DNA of 64,000 nucleotides from an uncultured bacterium (GCA_963701085.1 OY969561.1:160001-224000), one strand, 5' to 3'. Shown: positions 9,996 through 21,931, counted from the first letter of the stretch. Numbers and translations are program-made. Notes: generated from the letters alone by a model not told the origin.

Positions 9996-10030
9996 AAAAA
10001 AGAGCACTTCTTGAAAAGTGCTCTTTTTTT
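9996..10030 (+). terminator. Rho-independent terminator after rplM
   Basis: aaaaaagagcactt-cttgaa-aagtgctctttttt. Confidence 0.85.
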
Positions 10031-10226
10031 GCGTTGAATGGCTACTTTGACATCATCAGTATGAATTTTTTGGTGCGTATTACCTGGAATGTTTTAAAAA
10101 ATTATTGCAATCTGAATAAGTTATTTGCTAATTTCAAGGTACGTAGAGGCCTCTACGGTAAAATAAGAGGCATAGTGCATGGTGCAGTATGCTTCAAAAA
10201 AACGTTTTCATAAAAAGGAGAAAAAA

Positions 10227-10616
10227 ATGAAGACAAATATACAAAAAAGGCTGAATATTGGTTTATGTATTGCAATAATTATGATTCTTGCTGGTTCGAC
10301 AGTGTCATACGGAATGGATATGAAGCTTTGGTCAGAAAGAGATAAAAAGATAGCTGCATTAGGAGTTATTGACCTTGAAATGTTTAGTAGATGGGTTGAA
10401 TTGCCACATTTATATGCAGGCACATCGGAGAATAATCCCCTTTTATGGATTGTACAGAAAGCTAGTGATAAACAACTAGATCTTTTTGTGCGTATGAGTA
10501 AGGAGGGGCGGAATTTCAAGATCATCGGATATGGTGACGATCTTGATGCCTTCCAAAAGTTACCTAAACATGTAAAATCATATCTATCACACGTTTTTGG
10601 CTACACTATGCAATAG
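10227..10616 (+). CDS. Secreted hypothetical protein (signal peptide + Met)
   Basis: AAGGAG SD; MKTN...LAGSTVSYG-MDMK. Confidence 0.7.
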   Translation: MKTNIQKRLNIGLCIAIIMILAGSTVSYGMDMKLWSERDKKIAALGVIDLEMFSRWVELPHLYAGTSENNPLLWIVQKASDKQLDLFVRMSKEGRNFKIIGYGDDLDAFQKLPKHVKSYLSHVFGYTMQ

Positions 10617-10621
10617 TTATG

Positions 10622-10658
10622 AAAAAAAGGCAGGATTTGAAGAATCCTGCCTTTTTTT
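10622..10658. terminator. Bidirectional terminator
   Basis: aaaaaaaggcaggatt-tgaag-aatcctgccttttttt between convergent genes. Confidence 0.85.
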
Positions 10659-10671
10659 ACGTTTAAATGAT

Positions 10672-11823
10672 TTATCGCAAATTAAAGAATGTAAGCACTG
10701 AATCAATATAAGGGCTTATGAGGCGGTTGGTATCATTGATGCTTAAATAAATGAATAAGATGATAAACATGATCCAGGTTGCGATGTGGATGTATTCGCG
10801 AATCTTGTATGGTATAGGGCGACGAATTATGGCTTCTATTGAATAAAATAATATTTGGCCGCCATCGAGTATAGGGAGTGGAATAAGATTAAGGACAGCC
10901 AAATTTATGCTGATTAGTGCCAAAAGAAGAAGAAAGATTTGCCATCCAGCGGTAGCGCTTTTGACGGTCATGGCGATGATCATGATTGGGCCACCAATTT
11001 TCTTTACACCTGTTCTGGTGAATAAGAGGCTAAATCCGAAAAAAGTGTCTCTTATCCAATTGTTGCATGTTGTGATGCCAAGAGAGACAGCTTCCGTGAA
11101 AGAGTGAGAAGGGGTTGGTACAGAATCAAATTCAACACCAAGAACACCAATTGATTCAATTTCGGTTTCTCTGCTGCCAATAAGAATGGTTTTTACAAAT
11201 CGTTCGCCATCGCGTTCGATTACAAGAGTCGCTTGTCTCAGCGCAAGAGGTTGAATTATCTGCTGAATTTCTTGTAGGTTGTGTCCAACTTCTTTTTCAT
11301 TGATCGATACAATGCGATCTCCCATGCGTAACCCACCCTTTTCTGCTGCAGATTGAGGGTGAATTGCTGAAATGATGGGGCGATGCGGCATGAGAGGGGT
11401 TTTAGGTATGCCTGTCATGAATAAAATAATCATGGTGACATAGGCGAAAAAGAGATTAAAAAGGATGCCGCCAAGCATAACGCATAGTTTTTGATAGAAG
11501 GGCTTGCTTGCAAAAGAACCTTCATCACTGGCAAAGGCTTCTTTTTGTTCGCCTTGGCCAACTTCAGCTGCCCCTGCTATTTCAACGTAGCCACCAAAAG
11601 GGATTGCTGAAAGGCAAAACTCGGTTTCACCTATTTTTTTTGTCAAAATTCTGGGGCCAAACCCGAGAGAAAATGAAGGTATACGAATTTTAAAAAGCTT
11701 AGCAAATAGAAAATGCCCAAGTTCATGGAAGCCGATAAGAAATCCCATCCCAAAAAATCCAAGCAGAATAAAAAAAAGTTGTTGTACAATCAGTGCCAGA
11801 TGTGAAAAATACGGTATAGCCAT
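10672..11823 (-). CDS. rseP: RIP metalloprotease RseP (M50, PDZ)
   Basis: HELGH, IPFGGYV, NLIPLPILDGG. Confidence 0.93.
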   Translation of the reverse strand: MAIPYFSHLALIVQQLFFILLGFFGMGFLIGFHELGHFLFAKLFKIRIPSFSLGFGPRILTKKIGETEFCLSAIPFGGYVEIAGAAEVGQGEQKEAFASDEGSFASKPFYQKLCVMLGGILFNLFFAYVTMIILFMTGIPKTPLMPHRPIISAIHPQSAAEKGGLRMGDRIVSINEKEVGHNLQEIQQIIQPLALRQATLVIERDGERFVKTILIGSRETEIESIGVLGVEFDSVPTPSHSFTEAVSLGITTCNNWIRDTFFGFSLLFTRTGVKKIGGPIMIIAMTVKSATAGWQIFLLLLALISINLAVLNLIPLPILDGGQILFYSIEAIIRRPIPYKIREYIHIATWIMFIILFIYLSINDTNRLISPYIDSVLTFFNLR

Positions 11824-12153
11824 ATAAATAGTCCTTTTGTAGGTGATAAAAGTGTAAAAAAACTGTTTTGCTAATTGTGCAAAAATAAGCTATCATTAAT
11901 AATAATATAAGTCTATTGCTTCTTATCTAGGGCGAATTCGTTTTGTGGATAGAGATCAATTGAATTGTTGAAAAAAGCTGGGTGTAGTATGCTTTTCTGG
12001 CGCTGACTATGAATTATTTTCTTGAAAAAATTCACAAAGAGGGTAAAATAGCAATTAGTCAACTTGAGTGCATTGTGTAGCGCGTCGGATTAAAAGTTGC
12101 GATTATATAATAAAATTATTTTTTATAACGTGATAATATAAGGGTTTGTGTAC

Positions 12154-12546
12154 ATGCCAACGATTAATCAATTATGTCGATTTGGTAGAGATAAAATTAA
12201 GGCGAAACCAAAAAGTCCTGCTCTTAGAAGAGGGTTGTTTCTTAAGGGGCCATTCGCAAAAGGGGTTTGTACCCGAGTTTTTACTACGACGCCTAAAAAA
12301 CCTAACTCTGCGCTTCGAAAAGTTGCTCGTGTTAAGTTAACTACAGGTATCGAAGTAACCGCGTACATACCAGGCGAAGGTCATAATTTGCAAGAGCACT
12401 CTGTGGTTCTTGTCCGTGGTGGTCGCGTTAAGGATTTACCTGGTGTTAAATATCATATCGTGAGAGGCACATTGGATTGTGCAGGCGTAGATAAAAGAAG
12501 ACAAGGCCGTTCTCGTTATGGCGCTAAGCGTCCAAAGAATAAATAA
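12154..12546 (+). CDS. rpsL: 30S ribosomal protein S12
   Basis: [25 protein letters not shown]. Confidence 0.98.
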   Translation: MPTINQLCRFGRDKIKAKPKSPALRRGLFLKGPFAKGVCTRVFTTTPKKPNSALRKVARVKLTTGIEVTAYIPGEGHNLQEHSVVLVRGGRVKDLPGVKYHIVRGTLDCAGVDKRRQGRSRYGAKRPKNK

Positions 12547-12557
12547 GGGATTTACAT

Positions 12558-13040
12558 ATGCCAAGGCGTAGGCAAGTCGAATTTATAAGAGAAGTTGGTG
12601 TGGATCCAAAATTTGGATCAGCATTGGTTCAAAAACTCATTAATGTTGTTATGAAATGTGGCAAAAAAAATTGCGCAAGAACAATCGTTTATGAAGCGAT
12701 GGATTTGCTCGTAAAGAAAACAAATGGCGATGATAAAAAAGCATTAGAGCTTTTCAATCGTGCGTTTGAGCAAGTCGCTCCTTTCATTGAAGTTCGTTCA
12801 CGCCGTGTTGGTGGTAGTACTTACCAGATCCCTCGCGAAGTGAGTGAAAAGCGTAGAAAAGCGTTGGCATTTCGTTGGCTTGTTTCATCTGCAAGAACCC
12901 GTTCTGATAAAACAATGGGCTTGCGTCTTGGGCGTGAGCTTTTAGATGCAAGTGAACTTAAAGGTGGGGCGGTAAAGAAAAGAGCAGATGTTCAACGTAT
13001 GGCGGATGCAAATAGAGCATTCTCTCATTATGCATGGTAA
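12558..13040 (+). CDS. rpsG: 30S ribosomal protein S7
   Basis: RRVGGSTYQIP, MADANRAFSHY. Confidence 0.98.
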   Translation: MPRRRQVEFIREVGVDPKFGSALVQKLINVVMKCGKKNCARTIVYEAMDLLVKKTNGDDKKALELFNRAFEQVAPFIEVRSRRVGGSTYQIPREVSEKRRKALAFRWLVSSARTRSDKTMGLRLGRELLDASELKGGAVKKRADVQRMADANRAFSHYAW

Positions 13041-13052
13041 GAGAGGATCGTT

Positions 13053-15134
13053 ATGTCAGTGAAACAATATCCGTTAGAGCGATACAGAAATATTGGTATT
13101 GCGGCTCATATTGATGCGGGTAAGACAACGGTTACAGAACGTATTTTGTTTTACACTGGTATTTCCCATAAAATTGGTGAAGTGCATGAGGGTGAAGCAA
13201 CTATGGACTGGATGGAACAGGAGCAAGAGCGCGGTATTACTATTACTGCGGCAGCAACTACCAGTTTCTGGAAAGATCATCAAATCAATATCATAGATAC
13301 CCCAGGGCATATTGACTTTACTATTGAAGTTGAGCGTTCCTTGCGTGTTCTTGATGGTGTGGTAGCTGTCTTTTCCGGCGTGGAAGGTGTTCAGCCGCAA
13401 TCTGAAACAGTATGGAAACAAGCTAATCGTTATAAAGTTCCACGTATTGTGTTTGTTAACAAGCTTGATCGTATTGGTGCTGATTACTTGCGAACTCTTC
13501 AGGGTATTAAAGCAAAGCTTGGTGCTAATGTTGTTGCGATGCAAATGCAAGTTGGTATGTCGGAAGATTTTACTTCTATCATTGATATTTTGACCCGAAA
13601 AATGGCTGTTTTCAAAGGTGAAAATGGCGAGATTACTGAATGGGTTGATGTTCCGCATGAGTATCAGGACAAGATGGAAGAATTGCATGCTAAGATAGTT
13701 TTGGCAGCATGTGATTTGGATGAAACTTTGGCTGAAAAATATCTCATGGAGGAAGAAATTACGCTTCCTGAAATAAAAGCTGCATTGCGTAAAGGTGTTG
13801 TTGAACTTAAAGTTGTACCAGCTTTTTGTGGATCTGCTTTTAAAAACAAAGGTGTTCAACTTTTGTTAGATGGTGTTGTTGATTATTTACCATCTCCTCT
13901 TGATGTTCCTGCAATCGAAGGTACAAACACCGATACGGGTGAAAAATTTCCTATTACATCTGATCCTAATGGACCGTTTTATGCTCTTGTGTTTAAAATA
14001 ATGGCAGATCCGTTCGTTGGGGTTTTAAACTTTGTTCGTGTTTATTCAGGTGAATTAAAAGCGGGTTCTTATGTGTATAGTGTAAGAACTGGCGAAAAAG
14101 AACGTGTGAGTAGATTGCTTAAAATGCATGCAAACAAACGTGAAGAAATTACCAGTGTAAGAGCGGGTGATATTGCAGCGGTTGTTGGTATTAAAGATGC
14201 GCAAACTGGGGATACGTTGTGTATAGATAAAGCTCCTGTTGTGCTTGAATCTATTACTATTCCGACTCCGGTAATTTCTACTTCTGTTGAGCCGAAAAGT
14301 AAAGCTGATTATGAGAAAATGACTCTTTCATTGCGTAAAATGATGCAAGAGGATCCATCTTTTAGATTTTCTTATAATGAAGAAACTGGGCAAACCGTAA
14401 TTTCTGGTATGGGTGAGTTGCATTTAGAGATCGTTGTTGATCGCTTACGCAGAGAACACAAAGTTGAAGTTGTTCAAGGTAAGTTGCAAGTTGCTTACAG
14501 AGAGACTGTTCTCAAGTTAGCTGATGCAGAAGGCAAATTTGTTCGTCAATCTGGTGGTCGCGGTCAATTTGGTCACGTTTGGATAAAAATGGAACCAATG
14601 GAGCGTGGCAAAGGATTTGAGTTTGTTAATGGTGTTGTTGGTGGGGCAATTCCGAGAGAATTTATTCCTGCTGTTGAAAAAGGTGTTCGTGAAACATTGA
14701 ATGCCGGTGTATTGGGTGGATATCCAGTTGTTGATGTTAAAGTTACCCTGTACGATGGCTCATATCATGATGTTGACTCTTCTGAAATAGCGTTTAAAGT
14801 TGCCGCTTCAATGGCATTTAGAACGGCTATGAATCATGCGTCACCTGTGTTGCTTGAGCCAATTATGATGGTTAACGTTTATACACCAGATGAGCATATT
14901 GGTGATGTTATTGGGGATCTTAATTCTCGTCGTGGACGTATTTTGGACTCTAAAACAGAATTTAATCAGCAAATAATTTCGGCAGAGGTGGCTCTTGGAG
15001 AGATGTTTGGTTATTCAATAACTCTTCGATCAATGACTAAAGGAAGAGCTAGCTATGACATGGAGTTCTTGTGTTATAGAGAAGTTCCTAAAAACGTACA
15101 AGATGCAATAGTTGCAAAGAATAAAAAAGAATAG
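13053..15134 (+). CDS. fusA: Elongation factor G
   Basis: [24 protein letters not shown]. Confidence 0.98.
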   Translation: MSVKQYPLERYRNIGIAAHIDAGKTTVTERILFYTGISHKIGEVHEGEATMDWMEQEQERGITITAAATTSFWKDHQINIIDTPGHIDFTIEVERSLRVLDGVVAVFSGVEGVQPQSETVWKQANRYKVPRIVFVNKLDRIGADYLRTLQGIKAKLGANVVAMQMQVGMSEDFTSIIDILTRKMAVFKGENGEITEWVDVPHEYQDKMEELHAKIVLAACDLDETLAEKYLMEEEITLPEIKAALRKGVVELKVVPAFCGSAFKNKGVQLLLDGVVDYLPSPLDVPAIEGTNTDTGEKFPITSDPNGPFYALVFKIMADPFVGVLNFVRVYSGELKAGSYVYSVRTGEKERVSRLLKMHANKREEITSVRAGDIAAVVGIKDAQTGDTLCIDKAPVVLESITIPTPVISTSVEPKSKADYEKMTLSLRKMMQEDPSFRFSYNEETGQTVISGMGELHLEIVVDRLRREHKVEVVQGKLQVAYRETVLKLADAEGKFVRQSGGRGQFGHVWIKMEPMERGKGFEFVNGVVGGAIPREFIPAVEKGVRETLNAGVLGGYPVVDVKVTLYDGSYHDVDSSEIAFKVAASMAFRTAMNHASPVLLEPIMMVNVYTPDEHIGDVIGDLNSRRGRILDSKTEFNQQIISAEVALGEMFGYSITLRSMTKGRASYDMEFLCYREVPKNVQDAIVAKNKKE

Positions 15135-15163
15135 TTTCTGTGTTAATCGTAGGAGTATAAACG

Positions 15164-16354
15164 ATGGCAAAAGGCGTATTTGAACGTAAAAAACCGCATG
15201 TGAATGTTGGTACCATCGGCCACGTTGATCATGGTAAAACAACGTTGACCGCTGCAATTACCTCTGTTCAGGCTAAAAAAGGTTATGCTGAAGCACGCGC
15301 ATTTGATCAGATTGATAACGCACCAGAAGAAAAAGCACGTGGTATTACCATTGCTACTTCACACGTTGAATATGAAACTGATAAGCGTCACTATGCGCAT
15401 ATTGACTGTCCAGGACATGCTGACTATGTAAAAAACATGATCACAGGTGCAGCTCAAATGGATGGTGCGATATTGGTTGTTTCTGCTGCTGATGGTGCGA
15501 TGCCACAAACTCGTGAACATATTATTTTGGCAAAAGAAGTTGGCGTGCCAGCTCTTGTTGTTTTCCTTAATAAAGTGGACATGGTTGATGATGTGGAAAT
15601 GGTGGATATGGTTGAAGAAGAAATTCGTGACTTACTTAAAAAGTACAATTTCCCAGGAGACACGATTCCAGTTATTAGAGGCTCAGCTCTTAAGGCGCTT
15701 AATGGGGATACAAGTGATCTTGGTGTACCTGCAATTGAGCGATTGATGAATGCTCTTGATAACAACATTCCAGATCCAGTTCGTGAAATTGATAAACCAT
15801 TCTTGATGCCAGTTGAAGGCGTGTTTTCAATTGCTGGTCGTGGTACAGTAGCTACTGGTCGTATTGAAACTGGTAAAGTTAAAGTTGGTGAAGAAGTTGA
15901 ATTGGTTGGTCTTCATGATACAGTCAAAACAACAGTTACCGGCGTTGAAATGTTTAGAAAGCTATTGAATGAAGGTTTAGCTGGCGATAACGTTGGCTTG
16001 CTTCTTCGTGGTACTAAAAAAGAAGATATTGAACGTGGTATGGTTATTGTAAAACCAGGCAGTATTAAGGCGCATAAAAAATTCCGTTGTCATGCATACA
16101 TTTTGACAAAAGATGAAGGCGGAAGACATAGTGCATTCTTAACAGGATATCGTCCTCAGTTCTATTTCAGAACAACAGACGTAACCGGTATTGTTTCATT
16201 GCCAGCTGGCCGTGAAATGGTAATGCCAGGAGACACTGTTGACCTTACGGTTGAATTGATTTCAAAAATAGCAATGGATAAAGATCTTCATTTTGCTATT
16301 CGTGAAGGTGGTAGAACAGTTGGATCCGGTGTTATAACTGAAATTTTAGACTAA
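15164..16354 (+). CDS. tuf: Elongation factor Tu
   Basis: [25 protein letters not shown]. Confidence 0.99.
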   Translation: MAKGVFERKKPHVNVGTIGHVDHGKTTLTAAITSVQAKKGYAEARAFDQIDNAPEEKARGITIATSHVEYETDKRHYAHIDCPGHADYVKNMITGAAQMDGAILVVSAADGAMPQTREHIILAKEVGVPALVVFLNKVDMVDDVEMVDMVEEEIRDLLKKYNFPGDTIPVIRGSALKALNGDTSDLGVPAIERLMNALDNNIPDPVREIDKPFLMPVEGVFSIAGRGTVATGRIETGKVKVGEEVELVGLHDTVKTTVTGVEMFRKLLNEGLAGDNVGLLLRGTKKEDIERGMVIVKPGSIKAHKKFRCHAYILTKDEGGRHSAFLTGYRPQFYFRTTDVTGIVSLPAGREMVMPGDTVDLTVELISKIAMDKDLHFAIREGGRTVGSGVITEILD

Positions 16355-16369
16355 AACGTTAGGTGATCG

Positions 16370-16675
16370 ATGAAAAAACAATGTATTAGGCTTAAATTGC
16401 AATCATTCGATCATCGTTTATTAGATAAAGCGGTCAAACAAATTGTTTTGACTGCAAAAAGAACAGGCGCTCAGTTAATGGGCCCTGTTCCTCTTCCTAA
16501 TAAACGACGATGTTTTACCGTATTGCGGTCTCCTCATATAGACAAAAAATCACGTGAGCAATTTGAGCTAACAACTCATAAGCGTATTCTTGATATTATC
16601 TCTCCGTCAGATAAAACTATGGATTCCCTTATGAAGCTCAATATTTCCTCTGGTGTAGATGTGGAAATTAAGTAA
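16370..16675 (+). CDS. rpsJ: 30S ribosomal protein S10
   Basis: [19 protein letters not shown]. Confidence 0.98.
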   Translation: MKKQCIRLKLQSFDHRLLDKAVKQIVLTAKRTGAQLMGPVPLPNKRRCFTVLRSPHIDKKSREQFELTTHKRILDIISPSDKTMDSLMKLNISSGVDVEIK

Positions 16676-16684
16676 GGGTATTAA

Positions 16685-17302
16685 ATGGCAACAGGAATAT
16701 GGGGTCGAAAAATTGGAATGACACAGGTTTTTGCAAATGATAAAGTGGTGCCTGTCACCGCAATTGATGTTGCAGGATGGTATGTCACCAATATAAAAAC
16801 AGTGGAACGAGATGGTTACAATGCTCTTCAAGTGGGCAAAGTGAAAGATCGTTATAAAGCTGAAAAGCATAGTAAAGAGTGGATTAAAAAGCCACATCAA
16901 TATTATAGTTTTGTTCGAGAAATTCCTCTAGAAACAGCGACAACTGATTTTACCGTTGGTAAACATATTGATTTTTCACAATTAGTAAAACTTGGTGAAA
17001 AAGTTGATGTGCGTAGCAAAACAATAGGTAAGTCATTTGCTGGTGTTGTAAAACGTCACAGATTTGCTGGTCCTCCCGCTAGTCATGGTTCAACAATGGG
17101 TAATCGCCCAGGTTCTATTGGTTGCTTGGTGAAAAGCGGCCAGGTTATAAAAGGCAAAAGACTTCCGGGGCATATGGGTTGCGACAATCAGATGATGAGG
17201 AATTTAGAAATAGTCATGGTGGAAGCAGAAACCAAAACGTTATTAGTAAAAGGCTCAATTCCTGGTAAAGCGGGATCATTGGTCTTTGTACGTAAAGCGT
17301 AG
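16685..17302 (+). CDS. rplC: 50S ribosomal protein L3
   Basis: KIGMTQ, DGYNALQ, LPGHMG. Confidence 0.97.
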   Translation: MATGIWGRKIGMTQVFANDKVVPVTAIDVAGWYVTNIKTVERDGYNALQVGKVKDRYKAEKHSKEWIKKPHQYYSFVREIPLETATTDFTVGKHIDFSQLVKLGEKVDVRSKTIGKSFAGVVKRHRFAGPPASHGSTMGNRPGSIGCLVKSGQVIKGKRLPGHMGCDNQMMRNLEIVMVEAETKTLLVKGSIPGKAGSLVFVRKA

Positions 17303-17309
17303 GTGAATA

Positions 17310-17963
17310 ATGAGTAATAAACAGACGATTAATAATTCCATGACAAATAAGCTACATGCAGTTGCTGCGCAGGAGTTAGATTTTGATACGACTGCATTTA
17401 CAAAGGCAACACCAGCTTCATTTTCAACATGGGTTCGTGTATTAGCTAAAAATTGGCGACAAGGTACGGTTGCGTGTCAGGGGCGTTCAGATGTTGCCTA
17501 TACAAATCGTAAGCCATGGAAGCAAAAAGGAACAGGACGTGCGCGTGCTGGTTCTGCGCGATCACCACTTTGGAAGGGTGGCGGTGTTATTTTTGGTCCG
17601 CAAGCCCGTGTAAGAACAGTAAAAATGGGCAGACAGATAAAACGTAAAGTTTTGTTGTCCATGCTGGTGAATAATCTTGATCAAAAAAATGTAGTTTGTG
17701 CTGATTGGGAGCTTTCTAGTGAGCAACCAAAAACGGCCCAAGCTCAAGAGCTTGTGAATACTGTGGGGCTTGCAAACAAAAAGATTATTTTGTTTGTTGC
17801 GCCTTATGATTTTCATTCAGCTTTATCATTTGCGAACATTCCAAATGTTCGTCCTTTATCATTTGATCAGGCAAATGCATATGATCTAGCCAATAGTGAC
17901 TGCTGGTTGTTTTTGAAAAAGGATTTTGATCACTTCAAAGAAATGGTGTCACAATGGGTTTAA
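17310..17963 (+). CDS. rplD: 50S ribosomal protein L4
   Basis: KPWKQKGTGRARAGS, GGGVIFGP. Confidence 0.97.
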   Translation: MSNKQTINNSMTNKLHAVAAQELDFDTTAFTKATPASFSTWVRVLAKNWRQGTVACQGRSDVAYTNRKPWKQKGTGRARAGSARSPLWKGGGVIFGPQARVRTVKMGRQIKRKVLLSMLVNNLDQKNVVCADWELSSEQPKTAQAQELVNTVGLANKKIILFVAPYDFHSALSFANIPNVRPLSFDQANAYDLANSDCWLFLKKDFDHFKEMVSQWV

Positions 17964-18283
17964 ATTTAAATATACATGAGATTATTAAAGGACCGGTTGT
18001 TTCAGAAAAAGCAACATTGCTTAATCAGAAATTAAATAAATTGGTTCTAAAAGTACATCCACAAGCAAATAAAATGCAGATTAAAGAAGCATTGCAGCGT
18101 TTGTTTAATGTTAAAGTAGAAAAAGTGAACACTTTAAATCGTGTAGGCAAATCTCACAGAGTGCGTCGTACGATTATAGAGGGTTCAACAACAAAACGTG
18201 TTTTTGTAACTCTTAAAGAAGGTTATTCTATTGACATTTTTGGTCAAAAAGGAAAACCTGCTGCACCAAAAGATGCAGAGTAG
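17954..18283 (+). CDS. rplW: 50S ribosomal protein L23
   Basis: PVVSEKA, ANKMQIK, FNVKVEKVNT; operon position. Confidence 0.95.
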   Translation: MGLNLNIHEIIKGPVVSEKATLLNQKLNKLVLKVHPQANKMQIKEALQRLFNVKVEKVNTLNRVGKSHRVRRTIIEGSTTKRVFVTLKEGYSIDIFGQKGKPAAPKDAE

Positions 18284-18334
18284 AGTTAACGCGTTTTTTT
18301 TTAAGTTTTTTAATGAGAAAGATACAGGGCTCCA

Positions 18335-19162
18335 ATGGCCATAATAAAACGAAAACCACGAAATTCTTCACTGCGCTTTCAATCGTTTGTAAGCTCAAGT
18401 GATATTACGACAACAACACCACACGCAAGTTTGGTTACTGGATTGCAAAAAAGATCCGGTGGTCGTAATACCTATGGAAGAATCACAACGCGTCACCGTG
18501 GTGGCGGTGCTGATAAAAAATATCGCATTATTGATTTCAAGCGTACGGATCGTGACGTTTTGGGTAAGGTTACTACAATTGAATATGATCCAAATCGTAA
18601 TGTTCGTATTATGCTTGTTTCATATGCTAATGGTTCAAAAAAATACTTGCTTAAGCCAGAGAATATTACTGTAGGCGATACAGTTACGGCAAGTGAGACA
18701 GCTGATGCCAAAGTTGGTAATGCGATGCCTCTCAAAAATGTGCCAGATGGATTTATGGTTCACAATGTTGAAGTTCGTCCAGGATCAGGCGGAACGTTTG
18801 CGCGTAGTGCGGGTGTTTCTGCTCAAATCGTTGGTAAAACTGATGGTCTTGTGACCTTGAAAATGCCTTCAGGCGAAATTCGTATGGTGCTTGATGGATG
18901 TTGGGCAACTATCGGACAGCTTGGCAACGCTGATTTTAAGAATATTACATGGGGTAAAGCCGGTCGTATTAGACATTTAGGATTTAGGCCTTCCGTTCGT
19001 GGTATGGCTATGAATCCAGTTGACCATCCCCACGGTGGTGGTGAAGGTCGATCTAAGTCTGGTTCGCATCCAAGAACTCCATGGGGTAAAGGTTGCAAAG
19101 GTACACGTACGCGCAGAGTGCGTAATGTGAATCATTTAATTATAAAGAGAAGAAAACCATAA
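18335..19162 (+). CDS. rplB: 50S ribosomal protein L2
   Basis: IEYDPNR, AMNPVDHPHGGGEG. Confidence 0.98.
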   Translation: MAIIKRKPRNSSLRFQSFVSSSDITTTTPHASLVTGLQKRSGGRNTYGRITTRHRGGGADKKYRIIDFKRTDRDVLGKVTTIEYDPNRNVRIMLVSYANGSKKYLLKPENITVGDTVTASETADAKVGNAMPLKNVPDGFMVHNVEVRPGSGGTFARSAGVSAQIVGKTDGLVTLKMPSGEIRMVLDGCWATIGQLGNADFKNITWGKAGRIRHLGFRPSVRGMAMNPVDHPHGGGEGRSKSGSHPRTPWGKGCKGTRTRRVRNVNHLIIKRRKP

Positions 19163-19179
19163 GGTTAACGGGGTAAGAT

Positions 19180-19461
19180 ATGGCACGGTCTGCAAAGAAG
19201 GGTCCATACGTACAAGATTCGTTGGCACAAAAAGTTGCTAAAGCTAAGGATGGTGGAAAACGCGAAGCTATTAAAACATGGTCTCGTAGAAGTTTAATTA
19301 CACCTGAATTTGTTGGATTGACTTTTGCAGTACACAACGGAAAGAAATTCATTTCAGTTTTTGTGACTGAAAATATGGTTGGACACCGTTTAGGGGAATT
19401 TTCCCCAACAAGGACCTTTAGATTACATAGTGGTCAGCGCAAAGCTGGTATGACCGCGTAA
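19180..19461 (+). CDS. rpsS: 30S ribosomal protein S19
   Basis: [22 protein letters not shown]. Confidence 0.98.
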   Translation: MARSAKKGPYVQDSLAQKVAKAKDGGKREAIKTWSRRSLITPEFVGLTFAVHNGKKFISVFVTENMVGHRLGEFSPTRTFRLHSGQRKAGMTA

Positions 19462-19558
19462 GTTTAAGGTTGTCACTTGTTAATCTTTACGATACAATAA
19501 GAATAAGGTTCAAGCGATATAGATATATGAATCTTAAGTAACTAGTTGAGGTTTGCTG

Positions 19559-19906
19559 ATGCAATTTAGCGCAAAAAATAGATTTTTAGGTATTTCTCCC
19601 TTTAAGTTACGTCCATTTGCAGATGTGGTTCGTGGCAAAAATGTGGAGCAAGCAATTAGATGGCTTTCCACGGTAACGGTAAAGCGCTCAGTGCCAATCA
19701 GAAAAATGATTGAATCGGCAGCAGCTAATGCTAAGGATCTTCATAATATTGCTATGTCTGATTTAAAAATTACTGATATACGTATTGATGGTGGTCCTAT
19801 GTATAAATATTACAAACCGGGAGCAATGGGTCGGTCAAATCCTTATCGTAAGAGATTCAGCCATGCAAGTGTTATTTTAGAACCTTGTACAAAGAAGAAG
19901 GATTAA
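19559..19906 (+). CDS. rplV: 50S ribosomal protein L22
   Basis: ISPFKLR, SAAANA, DGGP; operon position. Confidence 0.95.
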   Translation: MQFSAKNRFLGISPFKLRPFADVVRGKNVEQAIRWLSTVTVKRSVPIRKMIESAAANAKDLHNIAMSDLKITDIRIDGGPMYKYYKPGAMGRSNPYRKRFSHASVILEPCTKKKD

Positions 19907-19907
19907 G

Positions 19908-20546
19908 GTGGGACAAAAGGTACATCCTATAGGATTTCGTTTAGGAATATATCGTTTTTGGGATTCTCGTTGGTTTGCTCAGGGCAATAAGTATGGTAAA
20001 CTTCTTATAGAAGATATGACCATCAGAAGATATTTGAAATCTGCTCTTGAAAAAGCCGAAGTGTCTCGTATTGAAATAGAAAAAGCAGCAGACAGTATTC
20101 GTATTATTATTCACTCAGGTCGTCCTGGTCATGTTATTGGTAAGAAAGGTCAAGAAATTGAAACCCTTCGCAACCAGCTTTCTGCTCTGTTGAAAAAACA
20201 AAATATTGAAATTTCAGTACAAGAAGTAGCCAAGCCAGAGCTCGATGCTGTTTTGATAGCTCAAAATATAGCAACACAGCTTGAACAAAGAGTGAGTTAT
20301 AAGCGAGCTATGAAGCGAGCTGCTCAAACAGTTATGCGTGGTGCGGCTAAAGGTATAAAAATTTGTTGTTCTGGCAGACTGCAAGGCGCTGAGATTGCTC
20401 GTAGAGAGTGGACTCGCGTTGGATCTGTTCCTCTTCATACATTGAGAGCTGACATTGATTACGGTCGAGCAGAAGCAAAAACAACTTACGGTATGATTGG
20501 TGTTCAGGTTTGGGTGTGTAAAGGCGAGTATCAACATATCCGATAA
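19908..20546 (+). CDS. rpsC: 30S ribosomal protein S3
   Basis: GTG start; [23 protein letters not shown]. Confidence 0.98.
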   Translation: MGQKVHPIGFRLGIYRFWDSRWFAQGNKYGKLLIEDMTIRRYLKSALEKAEVSRIEIEKAADSIRIIIHSGRPGHVIGKKGQEIETLRNQLSALLKKQNIEISVQEVAKPELDAVLIAQNIATQLEQRVSYKRAMKRAAQTVMRGAAKGIKICCSGRLQGAEIARREWTRVGSVPLHTLRADIDYGRAEAKTTYGMIGVQVWVCKGEYQHIR

Positions 20547-20571
20547 TGTTTTTAAAATACGAGATTAAATT

Positions 20572-21011
20572 ATGTTGATGCCAAAAAAAATAAAATTTAG
20601 AAAAGTTCAAAAGGGTAAATTAAAAGGTTTATCAAAGGGTGCTCGAACAGTTTACTTTTGGGGAATATGGTTTAGAAGCGGTTGAACCAAGTAGAGTTGT
20701 CGGCACAACAAATTGAAGCGATGCGTGTAACGTTGTCGCGTCATTTGAGAAAAATTGGTGAATCATTTCTCCGAGTTTTCCCTGATAAACCAGTTACCAA
20801 AAAACCTGCCGAAACCCGAATGGGTAAAGGTAAGGGGAATCCAGAAGTTTGGGTTGCTGCGGTAAAGCGGGGCCGTATTGTATGTGAAGTTTCTGGTGTT
20901 GATGAAGTGTTGGCGCGAAAAGTGTTGAAGCTTGCTGCATATAAGCTTCCAATGAAAACACGCGTGGTTAAAAAAGGCCAGGAATCAGTCAATAAAAAAG
21001 GCCAAGAATGA
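20572..21011 (+). CDS. rplP: 50S ribosomal protein L16 (two apparent frameshifts near 20652 and 20696)
   Basis: [17 protein letters not shown] and TRMGKGKG lie in three different frames. Confidence 0.93.
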
Positions 21012-21048
21012 ACCAATGATCACGAAGTAACTATTTAGAGTTGATGCT

Positions 21049-21267
21049 ATGAAACAAATGGGATTTATGCAGAAGATTCAACAATTATCGGTTGAAGATT
21101 TGCAAAAAAAGTTGGATAGTACAAGGCAAAATCTTTTTGGGTTGCGCATTAATTCGGCGTCAACACAGGTTAAAGATTATTCTCAGTACAAAAAACTACG
21201 CAAACAGGCCGCACGCATTTTGACTGTTATGCAGTCAAAAGTAGCTGGGTCTATGGTGAGCAAATAA
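21049..21267 (+). CDS. rpmC: 50S ribosomal protein L29
   Basis: LFGLR...RKQAARILT; operon position. Confidence 0.9.
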   Translation: MKQMGFMQKIQQLSVEDLQKKLDSTRQNLFGLRINSASTQVKDYSQYKKLRKQAARILTVMQSKVAGSMVSK

Positions 21268-21530
21268 TGAATGAGGTTTCCATGGAAATAAAAGCTGAAA
21301 AAACAAAACAGCTTTTTGAAGGCAAGGTTGTTTCTGACAAGATGGATAAAACTATTGTTGTTGAAACGGAGCAAACATATATTCATCCTAAGTTTCGTAA
21401 GATTTTAAGAAAAACAAAATCTTACAAAGTTCATGATGAAAAAAATGAAGCAAAAATTGGTGATGTTGTTAGATTCTATCAATGTCGTCCATTGGCAAAA
21501 ACAAAATATATGTATCTTGCTCAATCGTAA
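21267..21530 (+). CDS. rpsQ: 30S ribosomal protein S17
   Basis: GKVVSDKMDKTIVV, HDEKNE, RPLAKTK. Confidence 0.97.
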   Translation: MNEVSMEIKAEKTKQLFEGKVVSDKMDKTIVVETEQTYIHPKFRKILRKTKSYKVHDEKNEAKIGDVVRFYQCRPLAKTKYMYLAQS

Positions 21531-21565
21531 CTGGTAGTAAATCATAAAACAAGAGGTATTTTGGT

Positions 21566-21931
21566 ATGGTTCAAAAAGAATCGTATCTTGAGGTAGCTGA
21601 TAATTCTGGCGCAAAAGCATTACAGTGTATCCATATAATTGGTAGCACGCGCAAGCGCTATGCTTATTTAGGTGATACTATTAAATGCGCAGTAAAAAAA
21701 GCTATTCCAGGTGGCATGGTAAAAAAAGGTGATGTTGTTGAGGCGGTAATTGTACGAACAAAAAAAGAATTTCGTCGTGCAGATGGCAGTTATATTCGTT
21801 TTAGCGAGAATGCAGCTGTTATTATTAAGCAAGGTGAAATAATTGGAACGCGAATTTTTGGTCCAATTGCGCGTGAATTGCGAACGCGTGGATATGCTAA
21901 AATTTCGTCTTTGGCTCCAGAAGTTTTGTAA
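21566..21931 (+). CDS. rplN: 50S ribosomal protein L14
   Basis: VADNSGA, GTRIFGP, SLAPEVL. Confidence 0.98.
   Translation: MVQKESYLEVADNSGAKALQCIHIIGSTRKRYAYLGDTIKCAVKKAIPGGMVKKGDVVEAVIVRTKKEFRRADGSYIRFSENAAVIIKQGEIIGTRIFGPIARELRTRGYAKISSLAPEVL

Noticed and set aside
11824-12153. Possible ncRNA or leader upstream of rpsL, and in the 97-nt rpsS-rplV gap
   Set aside because: AT-rich, with no convincing stable structure or family motif visible by eye; an Rfam/Infernal search would be needed.
13074-13859. 261-aa antisense ORF over fusA, and the many other short overlapping ORFs in the track
   Set aside because: Shadow ORFs of conserved genes with no recognisable motifs.
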